Below, one piece after another: positions 11,901 to 24,429 of a stretch of DNA of 64,000 nt. The notes beneath the pieces are model-generated. The model did not search any database. It worked only from the letters and a program-made list of their open reading frames with translations, and was not told where the DNA came from. Position numbers and translations under genes: made by a program. The DNA lies in the NCBI RefSeq assembly GCF_963921235.1, contig NC_086097.1, forward strand, positions 175,524,001 to 175,588,000, in the 5' to 3' direction. The stretch's first letter is position 1. Every line of letters begins with the position of its first letter. The DNA is from Mobula hypostoma (lineage: Eukaryota).

Positions 11901-13400
11901 GTGGAGAGTGGACCACGGGAGAAAGGGAAGAAGGAGGGGTACCGCAGGGAGGTGATAAATGAGTAGAGATTAGAGGCCAGAGTGGGGAATAGAAGAAGAG
12001 GGGAAGGAAATTATCTGAAGAAGTAATTCATGTCATCAGTTTGGAGGCTACAGATGGAATGATATGTTGCTCCTCCACTCTGAAAGTGGCTTCATTGTGG
12101 TAAAAAAAAAAGGAGGCTGTGGACCCACATAATGGAATGGGGATAAGTATTAAAATGGTTGGGCACCAGAAAATTTCCTTTTGGTGGATGGAGGGGGGTG
12201 CTCAACAAAGCGTTTCCCCCAATTTATGTCTGGTCTCGTTTGTATGTATCTGTATTTGGAAGGAGATTAGTGGGGAGGGATGGATGGACAAGGGAATCAT
12301 GGAGTGATCTTCGTGGAAAATGGAAAGCGGAGGAGAGGTAAAGATCTATTTGGTGGTAGGATCCAGTTGAAGGTGACTTGTGTTGCATGCAGAGGCTCAT
12401 GGCTGGTAGGTGTGAACAAGTGGAATTAATTTCTTTTAAAGCAGTGGGAAGATAGGGTAAGTTGGGATGTCCAGGAAATTGAGGAGATTTGGGTGACAGG
12501 AGCATCAATGGTAAAGGAAGATAATCTACATTCTTGAAGAAGGTGGATATTTCTTATGTCTTGGAAAGGAAAGCCTCATCTTGGGTACAGATGCAGCGGA
12601 GACAAAGGAACTGAGAAAAGGGAATAACACTTTTAGAGGAGACGGGTAGGGAAGAGGTATAGTCAAAATAGCTGTGGGAATTGGTAGGTTTATAAAAGAT
12701 CATGGTACAGTTTGTCCCAGAGATAGAAACAAAGATAGAGGAAGAGGAGAAAGGTGTCAGAAATGGGTCATGTGAATTTAAGGGCAGGAGCCAAAGTTGA
12801 TGAATTTGAGCTCAGCATGGGTGCATGAAGCAGTACCAGTGTGGTGGTCAATGCAGTGCAGGAAGAGTTGGTGAGCTTTACCAGGAAAGGCTTAGAACAT
12901 GGTTCTACATGGCCAACGAAATAGGCAAGAGGAGCTGGGTCCCATCTGTATGCTCGTGGGTGCCCATGGCTACCTCTTGGGTTTTGGGAAAGTGGGAGGA
13001 GCTGAAGGAGGACCAGTTCTGTCAGATGGTGAAGGGTGGTGGTGGAGATGGACTGATTGGGAAAGAAGCAGTGAGCTTTTATGCCTTCTTGATAGGGGGT
13101 TGGGGGGGATAGAAGTTTATAGGGCCTAGATATCCATGGTGAAATGTGGCTGTCAGCGCCAGGGAGTTGAAAGTTGTTGAGATTGAGAGCATGTGAAGTG
13201 CCACGGATGTAGGTGGGAAGGGACTGAACCAAGGGGGATAGAATAGAGTTGAGGTATGTAGACACAAGTTTATTGGGGCAAGTCTTGGCAGAGACAATGG
13301 CCTACCTGGTCAGCCAGGTTTGTGGATCTTTGATAAGGGGTAGAAGCAAACAGTGCTGGGTAAGGGAACTGTAATTTTGGTGGCAGTGCATGGGATCCAC
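11900..13400 (-). mobile_element. Decayed Penelope-like element (RT to 3' end)
   Basis: STYLNSILSPLVQSLPTYIRGTSHAL, PKIHKP-like and FYKPT.SHSY-like motifs; homologous to 25800-27500. Confidence 0.85.
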
Positions 13401-15004
13401 TGTTTCCATTACATGGTAGAAAAGTTTGAGTAATGACTAAATCAATAAATGGTAGCCTGATTTGAACACTTAATATATATTAGATAAATTATATTAAGAC
13501 ATTTATTTCTATTACATGACCAGCTCTGCGTAGTTCAAACAGCGTCACTGCTTTAATCAAACATTTTATAGCAATGCATTTTCTTATCTAATTAAGATAT
13601 TTAAGATTATGATTAATTTGGCACTTTGCTATTAAGTTCTGACAATTTAGAGACTTGGGAGTATAAGTATGTAGATCCCTGAAAGTGACAGAACATGTAC
13701 AAATATATAGAACGGTGGAGCACTGGCCTTTCGACCCACAGTGTTGTGCTGAGCTAAATAAATTAGTAATCAATTCCCCAACTAAATTCCCTTCCATTTC
13801 CTGAACAAAGTGATGAAGAAAGCATTTAGCATGCTTGGCTTCATTGGTCAGGACATTGATTACAAAATTGGATGTCATGTTACAGCTATATAAGCAGTGT
13901 ACTTCATTATTCCTCTTGCACTATTATTTATTATGTAATTTATAGTCATTTTGTCTTTGCACTGTTCCGCCACAGGTAAGAAATTTCATGTCACATAAAA
14001 CGGTGATTTATAAACCTGATTCTGATGTTAAAACCATACTTGCATTTCTGATTGCCTAGCTAGAGTGGGCATGTGATTAACCTGGAAAAGGTGCAGAAAA
14101 GATTTATTGAGATTTTTGTCAGAACTGGGCAGCTTGAGTTATAAGGAGAGAATGGATAGCCTAGGGTTGTTTTCCGTAGACTGTTGGAAACCTTATAATA
14201 TACAAAATCATAAGGAGTGTAGACAAAGAGGATGCTTGGTCTTTTTTTACAGTTTCGGAAATTAGGAGGCAGTCACCATGACTTTGTGAGATGTCAGTCA
14301 CGTCTTACTAACTTAATGAGTTTTTCGATGTGGCTATGAAAATGATTGAAGGTAGAGTTGTGGATGTTGTCTGTGTTGATTTTAGTAAGGTGTTTGACGA
14401 TGTCTACACGGAAGGCTCATTCAGGCTCATGGAGTATATCCATGCTGTTTGAATTCTGTGTGTGTGTGTGTCTGTGGGTTCAGCTTATGTGGCACTTCAA
14501 TCAGAATAAATGAGTTAGGCTGACGGGCCTTTTTCTGTGTTCTGTAACTCTGATTGTAACTTGTATGAACTTTGTAGAAAATACAAGTACTTATTGGAAA
14601 TAGCTAGCCTTAAAAGAGAACTTTTTGGGAACCAACTTGTATCATTCTGTGCTCTTACTGTCAACATAGAAAACATTGTGATTTATTACCTTCAGCATGT
14701 GGGTATCTGAGAACCTGTAAAACTGAATATCTGAGCACTTATGACCAGTGGAATTGAAGTCACTGATGTAAAGTATTGAGAGGGAAATTATGCCGACTTA
14801 CTAGTTCATTTGAATTTCCTTTATAATGTCTAATTGAAAATAGTTATTTCAGTTATGACTAGTTTTTGTCAATGTATATTAGATTTCTCCTTGGTGACTT
14901 TGTGCAGTTATAGCAAGCTATTGGATACATAGATGAAAAATAACAATTGAAGTCCACTGTAGAGGTTGAAGTTTATTAATTCTAATTTCTAACTGATCCT
15001 TCAG

Positions 15005-15158
15005 AGCTGAATCTGTTTATGAAGAAATGAAGCAGAGATATGGGACACAAGGATGCTATTTGCTGAAGTTTAACTCTCGAATGCCATCAAGTGGAGCAGA
15101 TGAACAAATCCCTGACCCTTGGAGTCAGTATTTGAATCGAAGCAACTTGCAAAACCAG
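15005..15158 (+). CDS. TRAPPC8: TRAPPC8 coding exon (window exon 2)
   Basis: ttcag/gtgcgc boundaries; phase joins the previous exon (CG+A). AESVYEEMKQRYGTQGCYLLKFNSRMPSSGADEQIPDPWSQYLNRSNLQNQ. Confidence 0.95.
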
Positions 15159-15469
15159 GTGCGCATTCCTTTTGAATTCTAACTATCCTAAATATTTTAC
15201 TGTTAATTAAGTGTTTATGGTATATTTATTGCTATTTTTAAGCAAGGGAAATTAAGTATAGTAAATGGCTAATCATTTGTGCTTTTGATCAAGTAATAAG
15301 GAATGGTCTTATGCTTGGTTTAAGAATTGAAGTGTGTAAATGTGAATTGTTGAGATTTCTAAACAATTGGATAGTAGTCTTTTGATATATTGTTGCATTT
15401 AGAGTACACCCAGTTTTTAAAATGATAGCCAGTAGTTTTATTTAATATTTGAATTGGTCTTTTTTGAAG

Positions 15470-15560
15470 GAAATCTGTGATGGTTTTGTTCCGCTTGCCA
15501 GCAAGAGTAAGGAAAGCATGACTGGAGTGGACCTAGATGGGATGGACAATTCGATTGATG
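15470..15560 (+). CDS. TRAPPC8: TRAPPC8 coding exon (window exon 3, poorly conserved linker)
   Basis: tttttgaag acceptor and gtaagt donor; 91 bp, phase 0 to 1, which restores frame with the next exon. EICDGFVPLASKSKESMTGVDLDGMDNSID resembles the LDGLDN linker of other vertebrates. Confidence 0.85.
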
Positions 15561-18500
15561 GTAAGTTATACCAGAGAAGTTATTTATTTGAGGCACACAC
15601 AAAATACTATAGGAACTCAGCAAGCATCAGTGGAGGGGAATAAATAGTCAATTTTTTGTGCTGAGACCCCCTCATCAGGACTCATGATGAAGGGTCTTGA
15701 CCCAAAATATTGACTGTGTCCCCTCCATAGATTTTGCTTCATTTGCTGAATTCCTCCAGCATTTTGTGTGTTGCTCAAGATTTCCCAACTTTAAAATCTC
15801 TTATGTTTATGATTAATTTTGAAGCTACTGTTTGACAAGAATAAAATTTGATTAGCACAATCAACTTTACAAGCAACCATAAATAACTCCAAATTGTAAG
15901 TTGTAACAGAATTCTGTTTTACAACATTAATTGTATTTGGAGCAGATCTAACCAAAAGCCCAGAATAATGGTTTATTGATTGATTAGGACTACTGTGTTT
16001 GGGGTGAAAGGTTTTCTGGTCTGACTGAAACCCACAAACATTTCAAGTTTGCCAAACTAGATGGTAGAGTAGACAGCAAGGCAGATGTTCCTGTCAGAAG
16101 GAGGTGATAGTATGCAAATGTGGCTTTTATATTATTTGGAGTTTCAGTTAGCAAATTGGTAGAAATCTTACTATAGAGAGGAGGCTCAAATCTTGGGACA
16201 GCCATGTGGGAGAAATATGGGGAAGTGGAAGCATGCAAGTACACAAGGTATGAGCTGAAGAGTGCAGTACAATACAGGAAGTTTGCCTGTCTTGTACAGA
16301 AGGCAACAAGGTTATCCCTCCGATTGGCACTTTAAACCAAAACCATTTGGGATACTACCAACAGACCTTGGCATTTTGAAGTGCAACACCACACTGCGAC
16401 TATTTTCAATCAAATCGGGTATGGATTTGCAATATTAGTGTTTGTATATGTTTTTGGAATGTATTTCAGGACTGTGGAATATGTGCAAAATTGGTGATGG
16501 GAAGCAGTAAACGGGTACAATTTATGCATTCAGGATTATCAATAGTTTTATTGAGACCTATTGTGGGGTAGACAATGTCTTGTATTTCCTGAGTGGACAT
16601 AGATCAGTACAGCTTTTCGCCCACAACATCTGAGCCAAGTGTGATGCTGGATTAAACTAATTCCTTCTTTCTGCACACGATCCATATTCTCACCGCCTCT
16701 GCCTCCACCTTCCCTATTTCCTGCATATTCATGTGTCCACGTAAAAGCCTCTTGAACTTTGCTATTGTGTCTGTTTCCTCTAACCCCCCCCCCCCGCCCC
16801 GGTAGTGTTTTTAATTTTATATATAAAAAGAATTTGCACCGTTTGCAAAATCTTCACATCCTTCCTGTAATAGGCAAACAAAATTGCATACAATATTCTG
16901 AGTGTGGCGTAACCAAAGTTTTAAATTGCTGCAATATGATTTCCTGATTTTTATACTCAATACCCTCATCATTGAAGGCAAGCATGCCATACGCCACCTG
17001 TAACACTTGCATGGCCATTTTAAGGAAGCTATGGACTTGGATTCGAAGACCACTCTGTATATCAATGCTTCTGAAGGTCTTGCCACTAACTTGTATACTT
17101 TCTGCTTATTTTAGACCTCCCAGAGTTTAGCATCTCATACTTACTTGGATTGAATTCCATCTGCTGTTTCTCCACCTGTCCTGGTGATGTTTCTTGATTT
17201 AAAAGATCAAGGAAGCAACAAAATACTGGGACTGAAGGTGGGAATAGCTACTTTCCAAATGATAACCTGAATAGTTTAATCCTTTCGTTGCACACGATAA
17301 CTAAAAACTGAACTGCAATAATTTTGTATGATCAGCAAAAAAAATCATTGGAGACATTCAGGAGTACCTTGCATTCAAAGAGCTTTATACAGTTGATGAC
17401 AAAAGATTTTGCCACATAAATAACTCCAGACTAATACTGTCATCACTCGCCTTGGTCTTATCCACAATTAAGTAGCACTTTACAGTTCTTTACCCTATAA
17501 ATAACTGCTTCAATGAACAATTACAGCAACTTGAGTTAAGATTATGAGAGAGAGAAGAAAATGCTTATGCTGGAAATCTAGAGCAGTACAATGCTGCTAG
17601 AGAAGCTCATCGAGTCAGGCATAATGTTTGGAGGGAAATGGACAGTCATTATTTTGAGTCAAGACTGGAGAGAGGTGAGAAAGCTTGTATAAAATGGTGG
17701 AAAAGGGGTGAAGAGCAGCAGAGATCAGAGGAGAGCAGTGAGAATGGGTGTCACTGAAGTCAAGTTGAAAAAAATGTAAAAAGTTAGGGTATCACATTCA
17801 GATTTATTCAATGTGAAATTTGTTTTGTGGCAATAATACAGTGTAAGACAATTATTATATATTACAAAATAGTGCGAAGGACAAGCCAATAACTGGATAA
17901 TGTTCATGGACTGTTTACAAATCTAATGACAGAGGAGATGAAGCTATTTCTGAATCATTGAGTGTGTACTGTCAGGCTTCTGTATCTCTTTCCGGGTGGT
18001 GGTAATGAAGGCATGTGCTGGATGGTGATGGTCGTTAATGATAGATGCCACCTTCTTGAGGTATCACCTTTTGAAGATGTCTTCGATGGTGGTGAGCGTA
18101 ATGCCTCTGGCTGTGTCTGCAACCCAGCTTCAAGAAGGAGATATCCATCATTTGTTTCAGTGGGGTTTGCTTTGTTGTGTAGTTCTCTAGTTTAATGTGT
18201 TATCTTTTAATCTTTGTGTTAATAGAGCAGCCAAATGCAAAATGCTGTCGTTGTTGGCAAGTTAGACAGCATCTTTGGAAAGAAGCAGTTTGTTTCAGAT
18301 CATGATCTTTCATCTGAAGTACAGAAAATACCAGAAGTCCCATCAACTTAATGGTCCTTTGAAAGGAAAAACGGTTAACTGTTCAAGTGGATCTCAGAAA
18401 TGGGGTTAACATTTTATTTGTATGATCCTTTTATCTCAATCCATTTCAAATGAAAAGTAATTTACCTGAAAAGTTTAGCCTAGTTCTCTCCCCATGGGTG

Positions 18501-18776
18501 CCCTTGATTTAAATATTTTGCATCATCTTCTACCCCTGCCCCCTCCCCCCAAGATAGTCCTTGAAAGCCTTTCTCTCTTATTGAGCCTTTGATCATTGAG
18601 TAATTGTTTTTTTTTGTAGTGCTTCTGTGAAGAGCCTCGGACTGTTTCTGATTTGATAATGGTATAGAATTGTAATAGTATCTATGCCACCCCTCCAGTC
18701 CCTCAATTTTTCTGGTTTTTTGTATAAAATTCTTTGTGAAGATTAAAAGGAAATATTTCAGCACTGGACTGATCTT

Positions 18777-18783
18777 CTTTCTC

Positions 18784-18827
<44 letters not shown>

Positions 18828-18856
18828 TCCCTCTCCCTCTCCCCCCCTCTCTCTTT
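18777..18856 (+). repeat. (CT)n / (CTCCCT)n microsatellite forming the polypyrimidine tract of the exon at 18873
   Basis: Directly visible tandem repeat ending about 17 nt before the acceptor AG. Confidence 0.95.
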
Positions 18857-18872
18857 TTGCCTATTTTAACAG

Positions 18873-19108
18873 CTGGAATGTCAAACAATTTCAAATCTCA
18901 CTCACTTCAGGGAAGTATGAAGTTGAGGGAACTTGGTTCCAATCAAGCAAAATCTGTGGATGCAGTCAATTCCAAAAACAGCTCCAATGCTCGTGGATTA
19001 AGTTTAACACTGACTGACCATGATCGAATTCGACAGTTCATTCAGGAGTTTACATTCCGTGGATTACTGCCACACATCGAAAAGACTATCCGACAACTGA
19101 ATGATCAG
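18873..19108 (+). CDS. TRAPPC8: TRAPPC8 coding exon (window exon 4)
   Basis: taacag acceptor after a (CT)n tract and gtgtgg donor. Ends LTLTDHDRIRQFIQEFTFRGLLPHIEKTIRQLNDQ. Confidence 0.95.
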
Positions 19109-19364
19109 GTGTGGCTATTGTTTTGTATATTTTGTACATAGAACTCATGCTGCCATTGTATAAGAAACCAAGTATTTGCATTTCGAAGATTATAGTATCA
19201 CCATTCTGACCATGCTTCAGAAGTATTAGATGACTTTGTTGATTTGAGAGGTAATATATGAAGGAAATTAAAAATGCTATGATTACACAGTCAACGTGCA
19301 CAAGAAAGAAAAGTTAGATAAAAAGGTTCATATGGAAATAGTATATATCTGAATTTTATTTATT

Positions 19365-19668
19365 TTGTGTTACAGTGTGGAGTAGGCCCTTCTGGCTCTT
19401 CTGGCCCTTCAAATCACACCAGCAACCCCTGAGAAACCCAATTAACTCTAATCTAATCATGGGACAATTTACAATGACCAGTTAACTTACCTGGTACATC
19501 TTTGGTCTGTGGGAGGAAACCAGAACACCCAGGGAAAACCCATGCAGTCCTTCGGGAAGACTATACAGAGACTCCATACAGAACGGTGCCAGAATTGAAC
19601 TCTGAACTCCAGAGTGCCCTGAGCTGTAACACCGTTGCGCTAACCCCTAAGCTACCATGGTGCCCCAA
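19365..19668 (-). mobile_element. V-SINE-like element
   Basis: Contains tgtgggaggaaaccagaacacccagggaaaacccatgc (reverse complement of the V-domain) with the tRNA-like head at the right end. Confidence 0.7.
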
Positions 19669-19778
19669 TGTAAACGATTAAAATCCAGCAGTGGCCTTAA
19701 ATTGAATTCAACTGTGGGAATTGAGTTTGAATTCATGTAGGTAAATTTAGCATACATGAAACTGGTGTTGATAACTGT

Positions 19779-20393
19779 TTGAGTACTGTTGGGGGGGACA
19801 GCTTACCCGGGGGAAGCGACAGTGGCTGTGCCCCCGGCACAGAGTCTGGCCCTGTAGCTCAGAAGGGTAGGGCAAGGAAGAGGAGGGCAGTTGTGATAGG
19901 GGACTCGATAGTAAGGGGGTCAGATAGGCGATTCTGTGGACGCAGTCCAGAGACCCGGATGGTAGTTTGCCTCCCTGGTGCCAGGGTCCGGGATATTTCT
20001 GATCGTGTCCAAGATATCCTGAAGTGGGAGGGTGAGGAGCCAGAGGTCGTGGTACATATAGGTACCAATGACATAGGTAGGAAAAGGGATGAGGTCCTGA
20101 AAGGAGAATATAGGGAGCTAGGAAGGGAGTTGAGAAAAAGGACCGCAAAGGTAGTAATCTCAGGATTACTGCCGGTGCCACGCGACAGTGAGAGTAGGAA
20201 TGCGATGAGGTGGAGGATAAATGCGTGGCTGAGGGATTGGAGCAGGGGGCAGGGATTCAAGTTTTTGGATCATTGGGACCTCTTTTGGCGCAGGCGTGAC
20301 CTGTACAAAAAGGATGGGTTACACTTGAATCCTAGGGGGACCAATATCCTGGCAGGGAGATTAGCGGGGGCTACTGAGGTGACTTTAAACTAG
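19779..20393 (+). CDS. CR1 ORF1 C-terminal SGNH/GDSL esterase domain (5'-truncated)
   Basis: Esterase blocks [21 protein letters not shown] and DGLHLN. Confidence 0.85.
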   Translation: MSTVGGDSLPGGSDSGCAPGTESGPVAQKGRARKRRAVVIGDSIVRGSDRRFCGRSPETRMVVCLPGARVRDISDRVQDILKWEGEEPEVVVHIGTNDIGRKRDEVLKGEYRELGRELRKRTAKVVISGLLPVPRDSESRNAMRWRINAWLRDWSRGQGFKFLDHWDLFWRRRDLYKKDGLHLNPRGTNILAGRLAGATEVTLN

Positions 20394-20398
20394 AATGG

Positions 20399-23300
20399 TT
20401 GGGGGGTGGGAATCAAATTAAAGAGGCTAGGCGTGAGGAGGTTTGTTCACAACAGAGGGATGGGAACCAGTGCAGAGAGACAGAGGGGTGTAAAGTGAGC
20501 GTAGAAGCAAAAAGTACAAAGGAGAAAAGTAAAAGTGGCAGGCCGACAAATCCAGGGCAAGCATTAAAAAGGGCCACTTTTCAACATAATTGTATAAGGG
20601 CTAAGAGAGTTGTAAAAGAGCGCCTGAAGGCTTTATGTGTCAATGCAAGGAGCATTCGTAATAAGGTGGATGAATTGAAAGTGCAGATTGTTATTAATGA
20701 TTATGATATAGTTGGGATCACAGAGACATGGCTCCAGGGTGACCAGGGATGGGAGCTCAACGTTCAGGGATATTCAATATTCAGGAGGGATAGACATGAA
20801 GGAAGGGGAGGTGGGGTGGCGTTGCTGGTTAAAGAAGAGATTAACGCAATAGAAAGGAAGGACATAAGCCAGGAAGATGTGGAATTGATATGGGTAGAGC
20901 TGCGTAACACTAAGGGGCAGAAGACACTGGTGGGAGTTGTGTACAGGCCACCTAACAGTAGTAGTGAGGTCGGAGATGGTATTAAACAGGAAATTAGAAA
21001 TGTGTGCAATAAAGGAACAGCAGTTATAATGGGTGACTTCAATCTACATGTAGACTGGGTGAACCAAATTGGTAAAGGTGCTGAGGAAGAGGATTTCTTG
21101 GAATGTATGCGGGATGGTTTTTTGAACCAACATGTCGAGGAACCAACTAGAGAGCAGGCTATTCTGGACTGGGTTTTGAGCAATGAGGAAGGGTTAGTTA
21201 GCGATCTTGTCGTGAGAGGCCCCTTGGGTAAGAGTGACCATAATATGGTGGAATTCTTCATTAATATGGAGAGTGACATAGTTAATTCAGAAACAAAGGT
21301 TCTGAACTTAAAGAGGGGTAACTTTGAAGGTATGAGACGTGAATTAGCTAAGATAGACTGGCAAATGACACTTAAAGGATTGACGGTGGATATGCAATGG
21401 CAAGCATTTAAAGGTTGCATGGATGAACTACAACAATTGTTCATCCCAGTTTGGCAAAAGAATAAATCAAGGAAGGTAGTGCACCCGTGGCTGACAAGAG
21501 AAATTAGGGATAGTATCAATTCCAAAGAAGTAGCATACAAATTAGCCAGAGAAAGTGGCTCACCTGAGGACTGGGAGAAATTCAGAGTTCAGCAGAGGAG
21601 GACAAAGGGCTTAATTAGGAATGGGAAAAAAGATTATGAGAGAAAACTGGCGGGGAACATAAAAACGGACTGTAAAAGCTTTTATAGATATGTAAAAAGG
21701 AAAAGACTGGTAAAGACAAATGTAGGTCCCCTGCAGACAGAAACAGGTGAATTGATTATGGGGAGCAAGGACATGGCAGACCAATTGAATAATTACTTTG
21801 GTTCTGTCTTCACTAAGGAGGACATAAATAATCTTCCAGAAATAGTAAGGGACAGAGGGTCCAGTGAGATAGAGGAACTGAGTGAAATACATGTTAGTAG
21901 GGAAGTGGTGTTGGGTAAATTGAAGGGATTCAAGGCAGATAAATCCCCAGGGCCAGATGGTCTGCATCCTAGAGTGCTTAAGGAAGTAGCCCAAGAAATA
22001 GTGGATGCATTAGTGATAATTTTTCAAAACTCGTTAGATTCTGGACTAGTTCCTGAGGATTGGAGGGTGGCTAATGTAACCCCACTTTTTAAAAAAGGAG
22101 GGAGAGAGAAACCGGGGAATTATAGACCGGTTAGCCTAACGTCGGTGGTGGGGAAACTGCTGGAGTCAGTTATCAAGGATGTGATAACAGCACATTTGGA
22201 AAGCGGTGAAATGATCGGACAAAGTCAGCATGGATTTGTGAAAGGAAAATCATGTCTGACGAATCTCATAGAATTTTTTGAGGATGTAACTAGTAGAGTG
22301 GATAGGGGAGAACCAGTGGATGTGGTATATTTGGATTTTCAGAAGGCTTTTGACAAGGTCCCACACAGGAGATTAGTGTGCAAACTTAAAGCACACGGTA
22401 TTGGGGGTAAGGTATTGGTGTGGGTGGAGAATTGGTTAGCAGACAGGAAGCAAAGAGTGGGAATAAACGGGACCTTTTCAGAATGGCAGGCGGTGACTAG
22501 TGGGGTACCGCAAGGCTCAGTGCTGGGACCCCAGTTGTTTACAATATGTATTAATGACTTGGATGAGGGAATTAAATGCAGCATCTCCAAGTTTGCGGAT
22601 GACACGAAGCTGGGTGGCAGTGTTAGCAGTGAGGAGGATGCAGGGTGACTTGGATAGGTTGGGTGAGTGGGCAAACTCATGGCAGATGCAATTTAATGTG
22701 GATAAATGTGAAGTTATCCACTTTGGTGGCAAAAATAGGAAAACAGATTATTATCTGAATGGTGGCCGATTAGGAAAAGGGGAGGTGCAACGAGACCTGG
22801 GTGTCATTATACACCAGTCATTGAAAGTGGGCATGCAGGTACAGCAGGCGGTGAAAGAGACGAATGGTATGCTGGCACTTATAGCGAGAGGATTCGAGTA
22901 CAGGAGCAGGGAGGTACTATTGCAGTTGTACAAGGCCTTGGTGAGACCACACCTGGAGTATTGTGTGCAGTTTTGGTCCCCTAATCTGAGGAAAGACATC
23001 TTTGCCATAGAGGGAGTACAAAGAAGGTTCACCAGATTGATTCCTGGGATGGCAGGACTTTCATATGAAGAAAGACTGGATGAACTGGGCTTGTACTCGT
23101 TGGAATTTAGAAGATTGAGGGGGGATCTGATTGAAACGTATAAGATCCTAAAGGGATTGGACAGGCTAGATGCAGGAAGATTGTTCCCGATGTTGGGGAA
23201 GTCCAGAACGAGGGGTCACAGTTTGAGGATAGAGGGGAAGCCTTTTAGGACCGAGATTAGGAAAAACTTCTTCACACAGAGAGTGGTGAATCTGTGGAAT

Positions 23301-23420
23301 TCTCTGCCACAGGAAACTGTTGAGGCCAGTTCATTGGCTATGTTTAAGAGGGAGTTAGATATGGCCCTTGTGGCTACAGGGGTCAGGGGGTATGGAGGGA
23401 AGGCTGGGGCGGGGTTCTGA
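20399..23420 (+). pseudogene. CR1 ORF2 (APE endonuclease plus reverse transcriptase) with one frameshift near 22640
   Basis: [51 protein letters not shown] and FADD motifs; reading continues in the frame of ORF 22500-23420. Confidence 0.92.
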
Positions 23421-24069
23421 GTTGGATGATCAGCCATGATCATAATAAATGGCGGTGCAGGCTCGAAGAGCCGAATGGCCTACTCCTGCACCTATTTTCT
23501 ATGTTTCTATAACATCAAACATTAGTGGATAGTCATTAAATCCTGCTTGTTTCATTAATGCTCCTTGTAGAGGGAAATCAGCTGTCCTTACCCAGTCTGC
23601 CCTTTTTGCCACTGTGATTAATTCTCAGCTGCAGCCCCTGTACAAGGACAACTTGGAGTAGGCAAAAACTGCAAGCCTTGCCTGCAGCTCCCACATTTTG
23701 TGAATACAGAATTAACAAAGCTCATTGTGTGTCCCTGCCAGTAGAAATATAATTACAATTAAACTTAGATCAGGAAAACTGTATATGGAATGAACTGTAA
23801 GAGGAAATGATTAAGGCGAGTACAATAACAGCTTGTAAAAGGTATTTGGGCAGGTACATAGATAGGAAAAGTTTTGAAGATTGAGCCAAACACTGCAAAT
23901 GGGATGAGTTTGGAATAGCATCTTAGCCAGCATGGACCAGTTGGGCTAAAGGACGTATTTCAGTGTTGTATCATTCTGAGATGTAATAGCAATTCTGTTG
24001 AATGGTAGTATCAAAAAAATCTCCTTCATTGGTTGGTCTGCCTTTTGTGAGGGTTAACAATGGTTAGTA

Positions 24070-24219
24070 CAGTCGACCTTCATTAATCCGACTACTTGTA
24101 ATCCGGTTCCTTCGATAATCTGGCACTGATTATGCTTAATGTGATCCTTCTGTAATTCGGTATTTTCACTAATCCAGCACTCCTCAGGTCCCAATGGTGC
24201 CAGATTAGTGAAGGTCGAC
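24070..24219. mobile_element. Tc1/mariner-Tigger-type MITE
   Basis: TA then CAGTCGACCTTCATTAATC on the left; GATTAGTGAAGGTCGAC on the right (inverted repeat, terminal 2 nt missing); internal repeats of taatcc/tggcac. Confidence 0.7.
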
Positions 24220-24429
24220 CTTCTTTCACCCATCTTTGTGTGATTATGGACTTGTTACTATTACTTTTAAGAAGTTATCAATTTGATCATCACTTGTTTT
24301 AGTCACTTCTAACTTCAGCTTTGAACAAATCTTTTTATGGAGGAACAACTTGCTCTCAATCATTTAATTAATGAAGTCACTTGAATTCGTGCAACATAGA
24401 TGTCTGTTCACAATGATGTTAAAATAATC

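Larger units (their letters stand above)
19776..23508 (+). mobile_element. Young CR1 LINE, 5'-truncated within ORF1
   Basis: Partial ORF1 esterase plus ORF2 APE-RT, ending in a CR1 tail (cctactcctgcacctattttctatgtttct). A candidate short duplication ATAAC lies at 19771-19775 and 23509-23513. Confidence 0.95.

Noticed and set aside
20764..21540. 258-aa minus-strand ORF and similar antisense ORFs
   Set aside because: These are shadows of the CR1 ORFs with no recognisable domain.
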